From a bacterium (GTDB lineage Bacteria > Patescibacteriota > UBA1384 > CAILIB01), in contig JBAXRQ010000001.1 in assembly GCA_037131105.1 (NCBI GenBank), positions 637,465 to 701,464 of the forward strand: a DNA stretch of 64,000 nucleotides, written 5' to 3'. Shown here piece after piece: positions 38,260 through 49,846 of the stretch. The notes below the pieces were generated by a model that was given only the letters and a program-made list of their open reading frames with translations, searched no databases and had not been told where the DNA came from. Numbering within the stretch: position 1 is the stretch's first letter; each line of letters begins with the position of its first letter. Both the position numbers and the translations under genes were made by a program.

Positions 38260-38742
38260 ATGGAAGCACTCGGCATAAATCTGACTTGGTTCCTGTTCCA
38301 GCTTGGCAACTTTATCGTGCTGCTGGGCGGACTTACCTTTCTTCTGCACAAGCCAATCATGAAGCTCCTGGCGAGCCGGCAGCATGAGATCAAGGAAGGT
38401 CTGGAGAATGCCGAGAAAGTGCGTCTAGAGATGGAGATCGCCCGCCGCCAGCAGGAAGAACTACTGGAAGAGGCTCGCATGGAAAGTGCCGCCCTCCTGA
38501 AGGAGACCCGCGAGCAGTCCAAGAAGCTGGAGGAAGAGCTGCGCAAGGACGCTGCCGCCCACAGCGAGGAGCTGCGCAAGAAAGCCATGCAGGAGCTGGC
38601 CTCCGAGCAGGAGCAGTTGCGCAAGGAACTGAAAGGAGAGCTTGCCGGCATGGTCATCCAAGCCACTGAGAAAGTACTCGGCCATGAAGTGAAGTCAGCC
38701 GACAAGGAACAGGGCGTCAAGAAGCAGATTGAAAACCTATAG
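38260..38742 (+). CDS. atpF: ATP synthase F0 subunit b
   Basis: N-terminal TM helix then a long charged helix. Confidence 0.8.
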   Translation: MEALGINLTWFLFQLGNFIVLLGGLTFLLHKPIMKLLASRQHEIKEGLENAEKVRLEMEIARRQQEELLEEARMESAALLKETREQSKKLEEELRKDAAAHSEELRKKAMQELASEQEQLRKELKGELAGMVIQATEKVLGHEVKSADKEQGVKKQIENL

Positions 38743-39073
38743 CACTGCCATGACCTTACCTGAATCCACCGCCCAGACCATCGTAAAGTTCCTCAAGGAC
38801 AACGGTCAGTACGACCAGCTGCCCGCCATTACCGAGATCCTACAGAAAGAGGCCATCCGCAGCCAGCGCATTTCCATTATCTCCGCTGTCGCTGTCCCTG
38901 AAAAAGAGCGTAAGGAACTGGAGGCCACTCTCTTCAAGAAATGGGGTGAGCATGAAACCGGTTACACGGTGGACGAAAGCTTGCTTTCCGGCATGCTTAT
39001 CCGCTACCAGAACCAGCTGCTCGACCTTACCGGCAAAGGCAGCCTTACCCAGCTGTCACAGGCCCTGAAATAA
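38729..39073 (+). CDS. atpH: ATP synthase F1 subunit delta (short form)
   Basis: Operon position between b and alpha. The C-terminal region resembles OSCP/delta, but at 114 aa it is only ~60% of the usual length. Confidence 0.55.
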   Translation: MKTYSTAMTLPESTAQTIVKFLKDNGQYDQLPAITEILQKEAIRSQRISIISAVAVPEKERKELEATLFKKWGEHETGYTVDESLLSGMLIRYQNQLLDLTGKGSLTQLSQALK

Positions 39074-39086
39074 TCGTAACCCCGCC

Positions 39087-40604
<1,518 letters not shown>

Positions 40605-40606
40605 CA

Positions 40607-41470
40607 ATGCCCGCTCCTCGCGAACTTCGCCAGCGCATCCGGTCGGTAACCTCGACCAAGCAGATCACCAAAGCTATGGAGCTGGTGTCGGCTTCACGTA
40701 TGCGTCGGGCCACCGAGGCTACCCTAGCTAATCGCCCCTACGCCACCCAGTTGGAGGTCATGGTACAGCGGATTATTAGCTCGTCCAGTGACCAACCTCT
40801 TAGCCACCCCCTCCTTGAAGAGCAGAAGGGAGACAAAACCCTGCTCATTGTTATCGCTTCTGACCGGGGCCAGGCAGGTGCTTATAATTCAAATCTGGGA
40901 AAACTGGCCAGTCAGTTTGCAAGCGATGAAAAGGCAGCCGGTCGCACCGTAACCTCGATTACGCTTGGAAAGAAGGCCGAACAGGCCATGAGTAAAGCCG
41001 GTATCGACGTTCTGCAGCGGTTTCCTCTTCCCAGTGGGCAGATCGAACTTTCCGATATGCACGCCCTCAATCGCTACGTTGTGGAGCGCTTTCTCCATCA
41101 CGGTATCAGCAAGGTGAGCGTTCTTTACACCGAGTTTCATTCCATGCTTATTCAGAAGGCGGTTATCCAGCCCCTGCTTCCCCTTACTCCCCCCAACCCG
41201 TATCCAGCCAGCGGGGAGCTTATCTTTGAGCCGGACCCTCTGACCGTATTGTCAGAGCTTCTGCCATACCTGGTGGAGATACGGCTGTTCCATTCCGTTC
41301 TAGAGGCAGGTGCTTCTGAGCACTCCGCCCGCCGCATGGCCATGAAGAGCGCCACCGACAATGCCAACTCCATTATCGACCGCCTGACCCTTACCTACAA
41401 CCGTCTGCGCCAGAGCGCTATCACCCAGGAGATCGCTGAGATCACTTCGGGTGCTGCCGCTTTAGAGTAG
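40607..41470 (+). CDS. atpG: ATP synthase F1 subunit gamma
   Basis: LRQRIRSVTSTKQITKAMELVSASRMRRA N-terminus. Confidence 0.9.
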   Translation: MPAPRELRQRIRSVTSTKQITKAMELVSASRMRRATEATLANRPYATQLEVMVQRIISSSSDQPLSHPLLEEQKGDKTLLIVIASDRGQAGAYNSNLGKLASQFASDEKAAGRTVTSITLGKKAEQAMSKAGIDVLQRFPLPSGQIELSDMHALNRYVVERFLHHGISKVSVLYTEFHSMLIQKAVIQPLLPLTPPNPYPASGELIFEPDPLTVLSELLPYLVEIRLFHSVLEAGASEHSARRMAMKSATDNANSIIDRLTLTYNRLRQSAITQEIAEITSGAAALE

Positions 41471-41489
41471 TCACGGACCAGCCACGTAA

Positions 41490-42877
<1,388 letters not shown>

Positions 42878-42878
<1 letters not shown>

Positions 42879-43132
42879 TGCTCAAGATCACCATCACCAC
42901 TCCTGACGGGCTGCTGTTCCAGGGCGAGGCCGACGAGGTCGTCGTCCCCACAAAGAGTGGCATGATCGGCGTGCGCACCAACCACCTGCCCCTTGTAAGC
43001 CTGCTGAAGCCGGGCCAGCTCGAGGCCAAGAAGGACGGTGGCCCAAGTCATAAGTTCCAGGTACGGGAAGGGTATGTGAAGGTAGGACCACAGGAAGTCT
43101 CGGTCATAGCGAGAAGCGCCAGGAAGGCTTAG
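42878..43132 (+). CDS. atpC: ATP synthase F1 subunit epsilon (beta-sandwich domain only)
   Basis: MLKITITTPDG... N-terminal domain typical of epsilon; 84 aa, lacking the C-terminal helical hairpin. Confidence 0.7.
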
Positions 43133-43140
43133 AACAAATG

Positions 43141-43422
43141 TTAATTGCCTTTTCTTACTCTCAGCCTCAAGACATAGTAGATGAGACTGAATAGAGGCAC
43201 TAACACTGCATTCAACGAAAGCACAATAAGAAATAATACGTAGGCTATTAGAAGAAGATCGCCAGCGTAGCTTTTCGATAGTTCGCTATAGGTATAATCC
43301 ACATGCACCCAAGGTGGAGCAAGCCACAGTACCGCACCCAGATACAAGAACACTGAGATGAAGAAAGTGACGACAATCCACCGCTGGAAGTACCAATAAA
43401 GGGACTGGTCAGTTAGGGCCAT
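43141..43422 (-). CDS. small membrane protein
   Basis: 93 aa with 2-3 TM helices. Confidence 0.35.
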   Translation of the reverse strand: MALTDQSLYWYFQRWIVVTFFISVFLYLGAVLWLAPPWVHVDYTYSELSKSYAGDLLLIAYVLFLIVLSLNAVLVPLFSLIYYVLRLRVRKGN

Positions 43423-43431
43423 ATGAAGGGG

Positions 43432-43881
43432 CTAGCGAAGCTCTTCCAGATCCTTCAGTATCTGCTCCGCATGCTTGTCCGGGGTGACCTTGGGGTATTC
43501 CTTGGCGATTTCTCCTTCCGGGCTGATCAGGTATGTCTTCCTGATGATCCCCTCGAATAGCTTGCCGTACATGCTCTTCTCGCCCCAGGAGCCGTAAGCC
43601 CTGATAGTCTCTTTGGTTGGATCGCTGAGCAAGGTAAAGGTCAGGTGGTACTTCTCGGCGAACTTCGCATGCGAAGCCACAGAGTCAGCTGAAATCCCGA
43701 CCACTGCCACGTCCTGTTCAGCAAACACGGCGCCGCTGTCGCGAAACGAGCAGGCCTCCTTGGTGCAGCCCGGGGTATCGTCCTTAGGGTAGAAGTAGAC
43801 CACTAGCCACTTGCCGGCGTAGTCGGAAAGCTTTCGGGTCGTGTCTGTCTGGTCCTGCAGGGAAAAGTCTGGTGCCTTCAT
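43432..43881 (-). CDS. bcp: peroxiredoxin, Bcp type (AhpC/TSA family)
   Basis: YFYPKDDTPGCTKEAC peroxidatic Cys motif. Confidence 0.85.
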   Translation of the reverse strand: MKAPDFSLQDQTDTTRKLSDYAGKWLVVYFYPKDDTPGCTKEACSFRDSGAVFAEQDVAVVGISADSVASHAKFAEKYHLTFTLLSDPTKETIRAYGSWGEKSMYGKLFEGIIRKTYLISPEGEIAKEYPKVTPDKHAEQILKDLEELR

Positions 43882-43882
43882 G

Positions 43883-44704
43883 TCAGTGGCTTAGCTGGTA
43901 AGTATCATCGTCACGACTGAGGAATCCCTCGTCTTCGAGCTGGCTCAATCCTTTCTCTATCTTAGCAGGATCCAGGCCCAGCACTGCCTGCAGGGTTACA
44001 AGGGTAGCCTTGCCATTGTCAACCAGATAGGCCAGTATCCGTCCCCTGGCCTGGCGGCCGGAACCTTCGAACTTCGATTGCACTGAGTAATGCTTGCTGC
44101 GCCGATTGGGGTTGGCCACCCGCTTTGGCAGCTGGGCGCCGTAGTCCATCAGCGCATAATACCACTCACGGGGATTCTCGGGATCTACCGTGGCCTCAAT
44201 GAGAGGCATCAGCTCCTTGTCAGACACCGCCTCGGCATCAGGAAAAAAGAAGTGCAGGTAGACCCGGCGGATATTGGTCTCAATGAAGGTGACCGGCCGG
44301 TTAAAGGCGAAGGCAGAGATGGCGCCGGCCGTGTAGGGACCGATACCAGGGAGGCTTACCATGTCAGCCGGATTCTGCGGTACAACGCCTCCAAAGTTAT
44401 CCACTATCACCTTCGCCGCCTTCTGCAGGTTCAGGGCCCGCCGGTTATATCCCAGCCCTTGCCACAACGTCAGAACCTGGGAAACCGGCGCAGCAGCCAA
44501 GGACTCCACCGTAGGCAGCTCCTCCAGCCAGGCATTGTACTTATCCACCACCCGGGCAGTCTGGGTCTGCTGCAACATAAGCTCTGAGAGCATGATGCGG
44601 TACGGGTCATGGGTCTCCCGCCACGGGAATGTTCGGGGATGCTCACGATAAAAGGCCCAGATAAGGGCCTTAAAATCGGCAAGCTCTGCTTGAGTACTAT
44701 TCAT
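43883..44704 (-). CDS. HhH-GPD superfamily DNA glycosylase (MutY/Nth-like, no Fe-S cluster cysteines)
   Basis: FPWR...MLQQTQ...LGYNRRALNL...LPGIGPYTAGAI HhH-GPD motifs; there is no Cys-x6-Cys-x2-Cys-x5-Cys cluster. Confidence 0.7.
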   Translation of the reverse strand: MNSTQAELADFKALIWAFYREHPRTFPWRETHDPYRIMLSELMLQQTQTARVVDKYNAWLEELPTVESLAAAPVSQVLTLWQGLGYNRRALNLQKAAKVIVDNFGGVVPQNPADMVSLPGIGPYTAGAISAFAFNRPVTFIETNIRRVYLHFFFPDAEAVSDKELMPLIEATVDPENPREWYYALMDYGAQLPKRVANPNRRSKHYSVQSKFEGSGRQARGRILAYLVDNGKATLVTLQAVLGLDPAKIEKGLSQLEDEGFLSRDDDTYQLSH

Positions 44705-44723
44705 ATACCCAGCCTAGCAGAAA

Positions 44724-45011
44724 CTAGGGCTGGAGGTCGTGGCGGGCAGCCTGGGCGGCCTGCTCTTCAAGATCCTTCTTGATGTCGGCCTCGGCGAGGT
44801 CAATCTCTGACTCAAGCTTAGTCATCTCCTCGTCGCCCTGCTTGACTGCAGCCAGAACGCTATCGTCAAATTCCTTAATCAAAGCGTCGGCGTCTCTTGC
44901 CTCGTCCCCAAGAACCTTCTCAAGAATCTCAAGCTCTTCGTTGCTCAGCTCCTGCAGATTGGCGTTAGCCGGTGCAGATGTTGAAACCGGTGCGGTGGTT
45001 ACATCGTCCAT
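44724..45011 (-). CDS. acidic hypothetical protein
   Basis: 95 aa, Glu/Asp-rich, helical. Confidence 0.35.
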   Translation of the reverse strand: MDDVTTAPVSTSAPANANLQELSNEELEILEKVLGDEARDADALIKEFDDSVLAAVKQGDEEMTKLESEIDLAEADIKKDLEEQAAQAARHDLQP

Positions 45012-45032
45012 AATCCCTCTTTTAGATAATAA

Positions 45033-45923
45033 TTAGGCCGGCTGCTGGCTCTGTCTCCGACGAGCCTGCTCTGCATGTACGGCTTCAAGCTGCTTACCAA
45101 TCTGCTGCCTCTGCTCATGTGCCTGTGACCGCAACTCGGTCATCTTAGCTTCAAGAGCCGCCTGCTCACTGGCTTGAATTTGTTGGAAATGTGATTCGTC
45201 GGGGACAGCCTGATATTGTGCCTCAAGAGCGTCCCGAGTAACCTGTAACTTAGCATTCTGACGAGCCTCAATAGCTGCTTTGGCCCTTCCTGGAAGTGAG
45301 CGGAAGCCATTTACCAGCTTGTTGCTAGCGCCGACGATGCTCTCAGTGGTGCGATTGCCGATATCGTCAATACGCTTTCCAGCCTCGACAGCCACCATAC
45401 CGGTACGCTCAGCCGCCCGGTGTCCCTTACCGATGGTCTCCAAGGCAATGCCTGGTGCTCGTTCTGCGACGGTATGCATATCATTCATGGTTCTACTGAG
45501 ATCGTTTCGTGCAAATTCGCCCGCTTTCGCAACCCCGCTCATAACCCTCTCCCCGACATAGTCCCTGGCATTGGCACCAAACTCCTTGGCAGCAGCGGCC
45601 GCTTGTACACCAGCCTCAATGTTGCCTCTTGAAGTCTCAACTACTTCGTTCTTCATAGTTCCGGCCGTCTGCTTGGCGTTGTCCCATTCTGCGGATACGG
45701 CTTGACCTAGACCCCTGGCATGGTCACCCATGCGCTGCATGAGGCCACCTATCTTGGTGCCGGCAATAGCTCGCTTCCGAGCAAAGAATCCACTTACGGC
45801 CTCGACTACTTGCTGCCCACGCTCAAGGTCGCTTAGACCTTCCTGGGCTACTGGTGCGGCTTCGACGGCAGCGATCGGCTGCTCCTCAATGATATGACCG
45901 ACAGCTTCTTCTGAATAGCTCAT
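45033..45923 (-). CDS. Ala/Gln-rich coiled-coil hypothetical protein
   Basis: 296 aa of low-complexity helical repeats; phasin- or apolipoprotein-like composition. Confidence 0.4.
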   Translation of the reverse strand: MSYSEEAVGHIIEEQPIAAVEAAPVAQEGLSDLERGQQVVEAVSGFFARKRAIAGTKIGGLMQRMGDHARGLGQAVSAEWDNAKQTAGTMKNEVVETSRGNIEAGVQAAAAAKEFGANARDYVGERVMSGVAKAGEFARNDLSRTMNDMHTVAERAPGIALETIGKGHRAAERTGMVAVEAGKRIDDIGNRTTESIVGASNKLVNGFRSLPGRAKAAIEARQNAKLQVTRDALEAQYQAVPDESHFQQIQASEQAALEAKMTELRSQAHEQRQQIGKQLEAVHAEQARRRQSQQPA

Positions 45924-46067
45924 GGCGTAGGATTCTTATAGTTAGCCTTATAATGAGCCCAGGCCGAGAGGTTGTCAAGCAAACGTATGACGCAATCCAC
46001 AAGGCTCAATGGTTTGAGCATTCTGGGTTGCGGGCAGGGGAGGCTAGCTCCCCGTGCCCTTGATGCC

Positions 46068-46919
46068 TCAGCCAGCAACGGCTTTGGCCAGTAATTGCTG
46101 CAGCAAAGGCGGATTCGCCATCAGCCTGTCGTGCATGCCGAGGTCGGCGTACACTGCGCGCCCGGTGATCCTACAAACTGGAGAAAGCAGCTCACAGGCG
46201 CCCTCGCCAATCACCTCCCTCGCACGCTCCTGGGTCCACCCGACTTCCTGTTCGTACACTGTGCACATCGCGTCGAAGCCTTCAATGACCCGGCCGGCCA
46301 TACTCTTGACCGGTCCTGTTATTAAGACATTGAAACGGAAGCCCGGGGCCGGCGGCTGCCGGGCACAGTCTAGCGTCCATTTCTCCAAAGCTGCCTTCAT
46401 GGGACCCATGGCGCCATAACCGGGCCAGGTAAAGGCATTGTCAGAACCAAGAGCAAGGAATGAGGCGTTGTCCGCCCACACCTTATGCCCGATCCCCGCT
46501 TCGATCATGTTCCGGAAACCGAGTACGTTCACCTTAAACCCTTCAAGGTACTCTTCTGGGGTGGCATGAAACATGTCTCCCCCGATAATCGACTTGGGGC
46601 CGCCGGCGACGGCAAAGACGTACCCACCAAGAACCACTCCCTGTGCCGCCAAGCCTGCGAAAAGCGCATCAACGCTCTCCTCGTTGGCAACGTCGCATTC
46701 CAGAACGGTGGAATCAAGCAGATGCTGCGCATCTTGCACGGTACCCGCCCACCGGTCAGTCCGTTCTGGCTTCCGGGCCGTTCCCATAACGAGGCCCGGT
46801 CGGGTGGAGGTATACATCACTGTTTTTCCATTTTTCACCTCACGATGCCCGATGATCAGCCCAAGACCACCACCGCGGCAGCCGCTAATCAAAGTGACCC
46901 CATTACTAACGCTTTTCAT
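46068..46919 (-). CDS. enoyl-ACP reductase-like SDR (FabI family)
   Basis: VLECDVANEESVDALFAG, YGAMGPMKAALE (the Y-x6-K catalytic pair of FabI) and RFNVLITGPVKSMAG. Confidence 0.65.
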   Translation of the reverse strand: MKSVSNGVTLISGCRGGGLGLIIGHREVKNGKTVMYTSTRPGLVMGTARKPERTDRWAGTVQDAQHLLDSTVLECDVANEESVDALFAGLAAQGVVLGGYVFAVAGGPKSIIGGDMFHATPEEYLEGFKVNVLGFRNMIEAGIGHKVWADNASFLALGSDNAFTWPGYGAMGPMKAALEKWTLDCARQPPAPGFRFNVLITGPVKSMAGRVIEGFDAMCTVYEQEVGWTQERAREVIGEGACELLSPVCRITGRAVYADLGMHDRLMANPPLLQQLLAKAVAG

Positions 46920-46997
46920 GCCTGTCTCCTTTCTAATCGAACAGGCAGATACTAGCAGGTTTCCCTACTCTTTGAAAGCACTTATGGAAGCTTACTA

Positions 46998-47669
46998 TCA
47001 TTGAAAGACATGCTCCCCGAAGAACAGCTCTTCAGGCGAGGTGCGTTCCAGTTGCTCCACCACCTTAGCCAAGGCTGGGAAATACTCAGACTTGGCCAGC
47101 TCGGCCTGGTCCAGCTTCTTCCAGAACGCCTGGCCATGGTACTCACCCGGACGTAACTCGCCTCCTTTCACTATTCCGCGATACACCAGGCTCAGCACCG
47201 CATTACTAACCCCGTCGTCCTCAAGAGTCGTGGAGATCACCGTCCCGGCATAGTGAAGACTAGCAGTCAGACCTGTCTTGGCCATCAGCTCCCCCTGGGC
47301 CTGCTCTAGCACCGGCTCCCCGGCCCGCACTAGTCCCGAAGGGAAGCCCACCAACCCGTCAAAGGGCTGCCTGCCCTGCCTGAACAGCAGCCACTCGCCG
47401 GACTCATTCTTGCAGGCGATGTCTACCAATATATAGGGCTGCTCGTGGGGCTGCAGGGTCTCGCTGCTCAGCGCCTCGACGTACTTCTTCCCGCCAGAAG
47501 TCAGGCCGTAGCCTCCCTCCACCTTCTCCACCAGTCCCGCTGCCATCACCTCGCGCAAATGGTACATGAAGACATTGCCCTCCACATCCTTGGGACGCAG
47601 CTCCGAATAGCGCCGGGGCGAGCGCTTGAGCAGTGAGGTCATAATGCCGTGCTGGGTGGGATGTGTCAT
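46998..47669 (-). CDS. winged-HTH plus degenerate NUDIX-fold fusion protein
   Basis: N-terminal MarR/ArsR-like wHTH (SLLKRSPRRYSELR...VEKVEGG). C-terminal GLVGFPSGLVRAGEPVLEQAQGELMAKTGL is Nudix-box-like with substitutions. Start chosen at MTHPTQ. Confidence 0.45.
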   Translation of the reverse strand: MTHPTQHGIMTSLLKRSPRRYSELRPKDVEGNVFMYHLREVMAAGLVEKVEGGYGLTSGGKKYVEALSSETLQPHEQPYILVDIACKNESGEWLLFRQGRQPFDGLVGFPSGLVRAGEPVLEQAQGELMAKTGLTASLHYAGTVISTTLEDDGVSNAVLSLVYRGIVKGGELRPGEYHGQAFWKKLDQAELAKSEYFPALAKVVEQLERTSPEELFFGEHVFQ

Positions 47670-47782
47670 TATCTCCAGGTTAGCAGATGGGAGATATTCG
47701 TCGAGTCGAGAACTGTCGACTAGATGGGCCGGACCTATGGCGACTAGGGTGAATGTATCCGATCGGAACAAAGGAGCACACC

Positions 47783-48340
47783 ATGTGGAAGACAGTCATT
47801 ACACAGGCAGGGTTTTTCGGAAAGAAGCGGGCGGATATCTATGCAGGTTATGACGATCAGTTTGGCGCCGGGAAGTGGCGAGTGGCTTGGGAGATCCCTA
47901 CGGATGCCAGCAGCGTCATTACCGACATGGCAGGCGTCATGGCCCTTTACGAAGACGCCTACTTCGCCCATTTGCAGAGTAATCCGGAATTGTTGGCCGA
48001 GCTGACCGCCGCCGCCAGCAACGTCTACGACGACGCGTCCAGCAACGTGGGCTCCGGATTCGACTATACGATCCAGGAGACGAACCTGAACCATCTGCAC
48101 GACATCGCCATCCGGCGATCAGTGCTCCGCCTTGGAACCTGGTTCCACGGCGAGGAATTAATCCAGATCCGCGGCTCCAAGAGCCAGCATCCGTTAAGCA
48201 AAGAACTTTCGCCTGGAGTGGTGCCGTTTCATCTGTCGCGTCTCATCCGGAAGCCGGAGGTAATTGGCTGGTGGAAGGAAGGGTCTATCGAGGCTTTCTA
48301 CCAGTCTGGGAAGATCGTCCAGCAGTGGACTGAAGAGTAA
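47783..48340 (+). CDS. hypothetical protein
   Basis: AAGGAG Shine-Dalgarno 6 nt upstream of the MWKTVITQ start; no recognisable domain. Confidence 0.4.
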   Translation: MWKTVITQAGFFGKKRADIYAGYDDQFGAGKWRVAWEIPTDASSVITDMAGVMALYEDAYFAHLQSNPELLAELTAAASNVYDDASSNVGSGFDYTIQETNLNHLHDIAIRRSVLRLGTWFHGEELIQIRGSKSQHPLSKELSPGVVPFHLSRLIRKPEVIGWWKEGSIEAFYQSGKIVQQWTEE

Positions 48341-48444
48341 AGGAGAAAAGATTTGAGAGAGGGGGCAGCAATGCCCTCTCTTTCCCGTGGCCACCAACCC
48401 CTGATTCTGTTAGGATAAGTGCAGGAAATGAAGGGGGATTTAAC

Positions 48445-49041
48445 ATGTCGAAAGAGTTACAGATGCGTGTCGGACACGGTGCGCAACCTGAAGTAGGACC
48501 TGCCTGGGCGCCAGTGTGGGTAGCAGAGAACGTTGCAATGCTTCCTTTCCAGTACGCTGCCCAAGCAGGGCACGTACACTGGATCTTTGACCTTGACCGA
48601 GTGCTACTCCCTGCCCCACAGCTGGTGGGACTCAGATGGAGAGTATGCCAGGACTTTTGCCAGGCAATTCATGATGCACAGGTAGCAGGATACATACAGA
48701 ATGCCGCCATTGTCACCAACGTAGCCTTTCCGTTGCCCCAGCTCGTACTTCGCACGAAGTCGGTGGGACGTCAGCTTGGTATTGAGAACATAGTCCGGCT
48801 CTACCTCTACAAAGGAAATATGAAGCCGCATCCCTGGGGTGGTATGCGGGCCATGGAAATGATGGGCTCTACGCCGGATACCACCATATTCTGCGGCGAC
48901 ATGATCAGCAAAGATGGTCTGTGCGCCAAGAGCTGTGGCATTCCATTCGTGCACGTCCAGCCATATGGGCCTAATCCCCTCTGGAAGCAAGCTATCGAGC
49001 AGCTTCCCAGACTGCTACCCGCCCGACGGCGTTCAGCATGA
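48445..49041 (+). CDS. HAD-superfamily hydrolase-like protein
   Basis: WIFDLDRVLL (motif I DxD) and TIFCGDMISKDGLCAKSCG (motif IV GD...D). Confidence 0.5.
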   Translation: MSKELQMRVGHGAQPEVGPAWAPVWVAENVAMLPFQYAAQAGHVHWIFDLDRVLLPAPQLVGLRWRVCQDFCQAIHDAQVAGYIQNAAIVTNVAFPLPQLVLRTKSVGRQLGIENIVRLYLYKGNMKPHPWGGMRAMEMMGSTPDTTIFCGDMISKDGLCAKSCGIPFVHVQPYGPNPLWKQAIEQLPRLLPARRRSA

Positions 49042-49325
49042 CATCGACGCACTAAATGAGCGTCACCAACAAGAACTTCTGGGAAGAGGCACGCACCTGC
49101 GGCCTCTTCTTTCAGTTAAGCCCCTGGTAATAAAATAGTGCTCAGAGAGGCTTGACGGTCGCTTCCGCCGCCTTTCGCTTCGTATTGAAGCGGCGTCGGA
49201 GCGCTGCGCTAACCCCGCTCTTTGCTCCGCAAAGTTTGGTTTTGGCGTGGTGCTCGTGCTCCTGGTATTTCCAGGAAGCGGTGGAGCAGGGCGGAACTCC
49301 TCGGGTTCAAACCTCCTTCACGGAC

Positions 49326-49361
49326 AAACAAAAAGACCCACTAAAGTGGGTCTTTTTGTTT
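49326..49361. terminator. perfect 16-bp-stem hairpin (A/U-rich) followed by a copy of the tRNA-Pro 3' terminal 16 nt
   Basis: aaacaaaaagacccac-taaa-gtgggtctttttgttt, then tggtcggggagagagg, which is the same sequence as the 3' end of the tRNA at 49523. Confidence 0.5.
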
Positions 49362-49486
49362 GGTCGGGGAGAGAGGCCAAACGGTTAGTCCTCGCTGCCG
49401 CGCCGACAGCACGGGTTGATCCGCTCGGACACTAGCCGCCCCTCCCGGACCGGCGTCGCCTACGGTTCAAATCCTCTTACCGTTAC

Positions 49487-49523
49487 AGAGAAAAAGAACC
49501 AACATAGTTGGTTCTTTTTCTCT
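49487..49523 (-). terminator. perfect 17-bp-stem hairpin abutting the CCA end of tRNA-Pro(GGG)
   Basis: agagaaaaagaaccaac-ata-gttggttctttttctct; identical to the copy at 56108-56144. Confidence 0.6.
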
Positions 49524-49599
49524 GGTCGGGGAGAGAGGATTTGAACCTCCGGTCTCAGGACCCCCAGCCCTGCGCATTAGGCCACTATGCTACTCCCCG
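49523..49599 (-). tRNA. tRNA-Pro (anticodon GGG), CCA encoded
   Basis: Manual cloverleaf: acceptor CGGGGAG/CTCCCCG, D-arm GCAT-AGTGGCCTA-ATGC, anticodon arm CAGGG-CTGGGGG-TCCTG, variable loop AGACC, T-arm GGAGG-TTCAAAT-CCTCT, discriminator A, then CCA. Confidence 0.8.
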
Positions 49600-49846
49600 A
49601 GGTGAACGCAGACGAAAACGTGTTTTCGGCTATGTGAGCCGAGGGGTCTTGCATACAGAGTATGCTACTCCCCGAAGCGAGATAGAAAAGAAAGCTAGCT
49701 TTCTTTTCTGTGAGCGAGGGGATCCGCCGTGCGAAGCACGGTGCTACTCCCCGCTGTTTGTCATTGGCGTTTCGACGAGGGGATGCTTATCCGTAGGATA
49801 AGTCCCCCGAGCCTGTTTAACACCTTTAAGAGTAGCCGTTTTTCCT

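Larger units (their letters stand above)
49326..49811. repeat. tRNA-Pro-associated repeat block 1: hairpins, a 110-bp conserved segment, the tRNA and three tandem degenerate hairpin units
   Basis: ~85% identity with 56000-56455 over the conserved segment. The units carry GAGGGG-hairpin-TGCTACTCCCCGA, reusing the tRNA 5' acceptor/D-stem. Confidence 0.7.

Noticed and set aside
38253-38720. 155-aa minus-strand ORF rich in Ser/Arg/Ala
   Set aside because: Antisense to atpF and atpH inside a tightly packed conserved operon
49440-49486. Plus-strand tRNA suggested by GGTTCAAATCC T-loop-like sequence (also at 56080-56107)
   Set aside because: No 5-bp T-stem or acceptor stem can be formed around it. 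It is the reverse complement of the T-arm of the minus-strand tRNA-Pro, i.e. an inverted partial copy rather than a gene.
49508-49801. Track ORFs 49508-49801 (+), 56129-56365 (+) and 56035-56430 (+) that translate to MVLFLWSGREDLNLRS...
   Set aside because: They are antisense to the tRNA-Pro genes and run through the hairpin repeat units. Their similarity to each other merely reflects the DNA repeat; they are not protein-coding.
49326-49811. CRISPR array interpretation of the repeated TGCTACTCCCCGA units
   Set aside because: The repeats are not identical and their spacing is irregular. Each unit forms its own hairpin with the flanking sequence, and there are no cas genes in the window.
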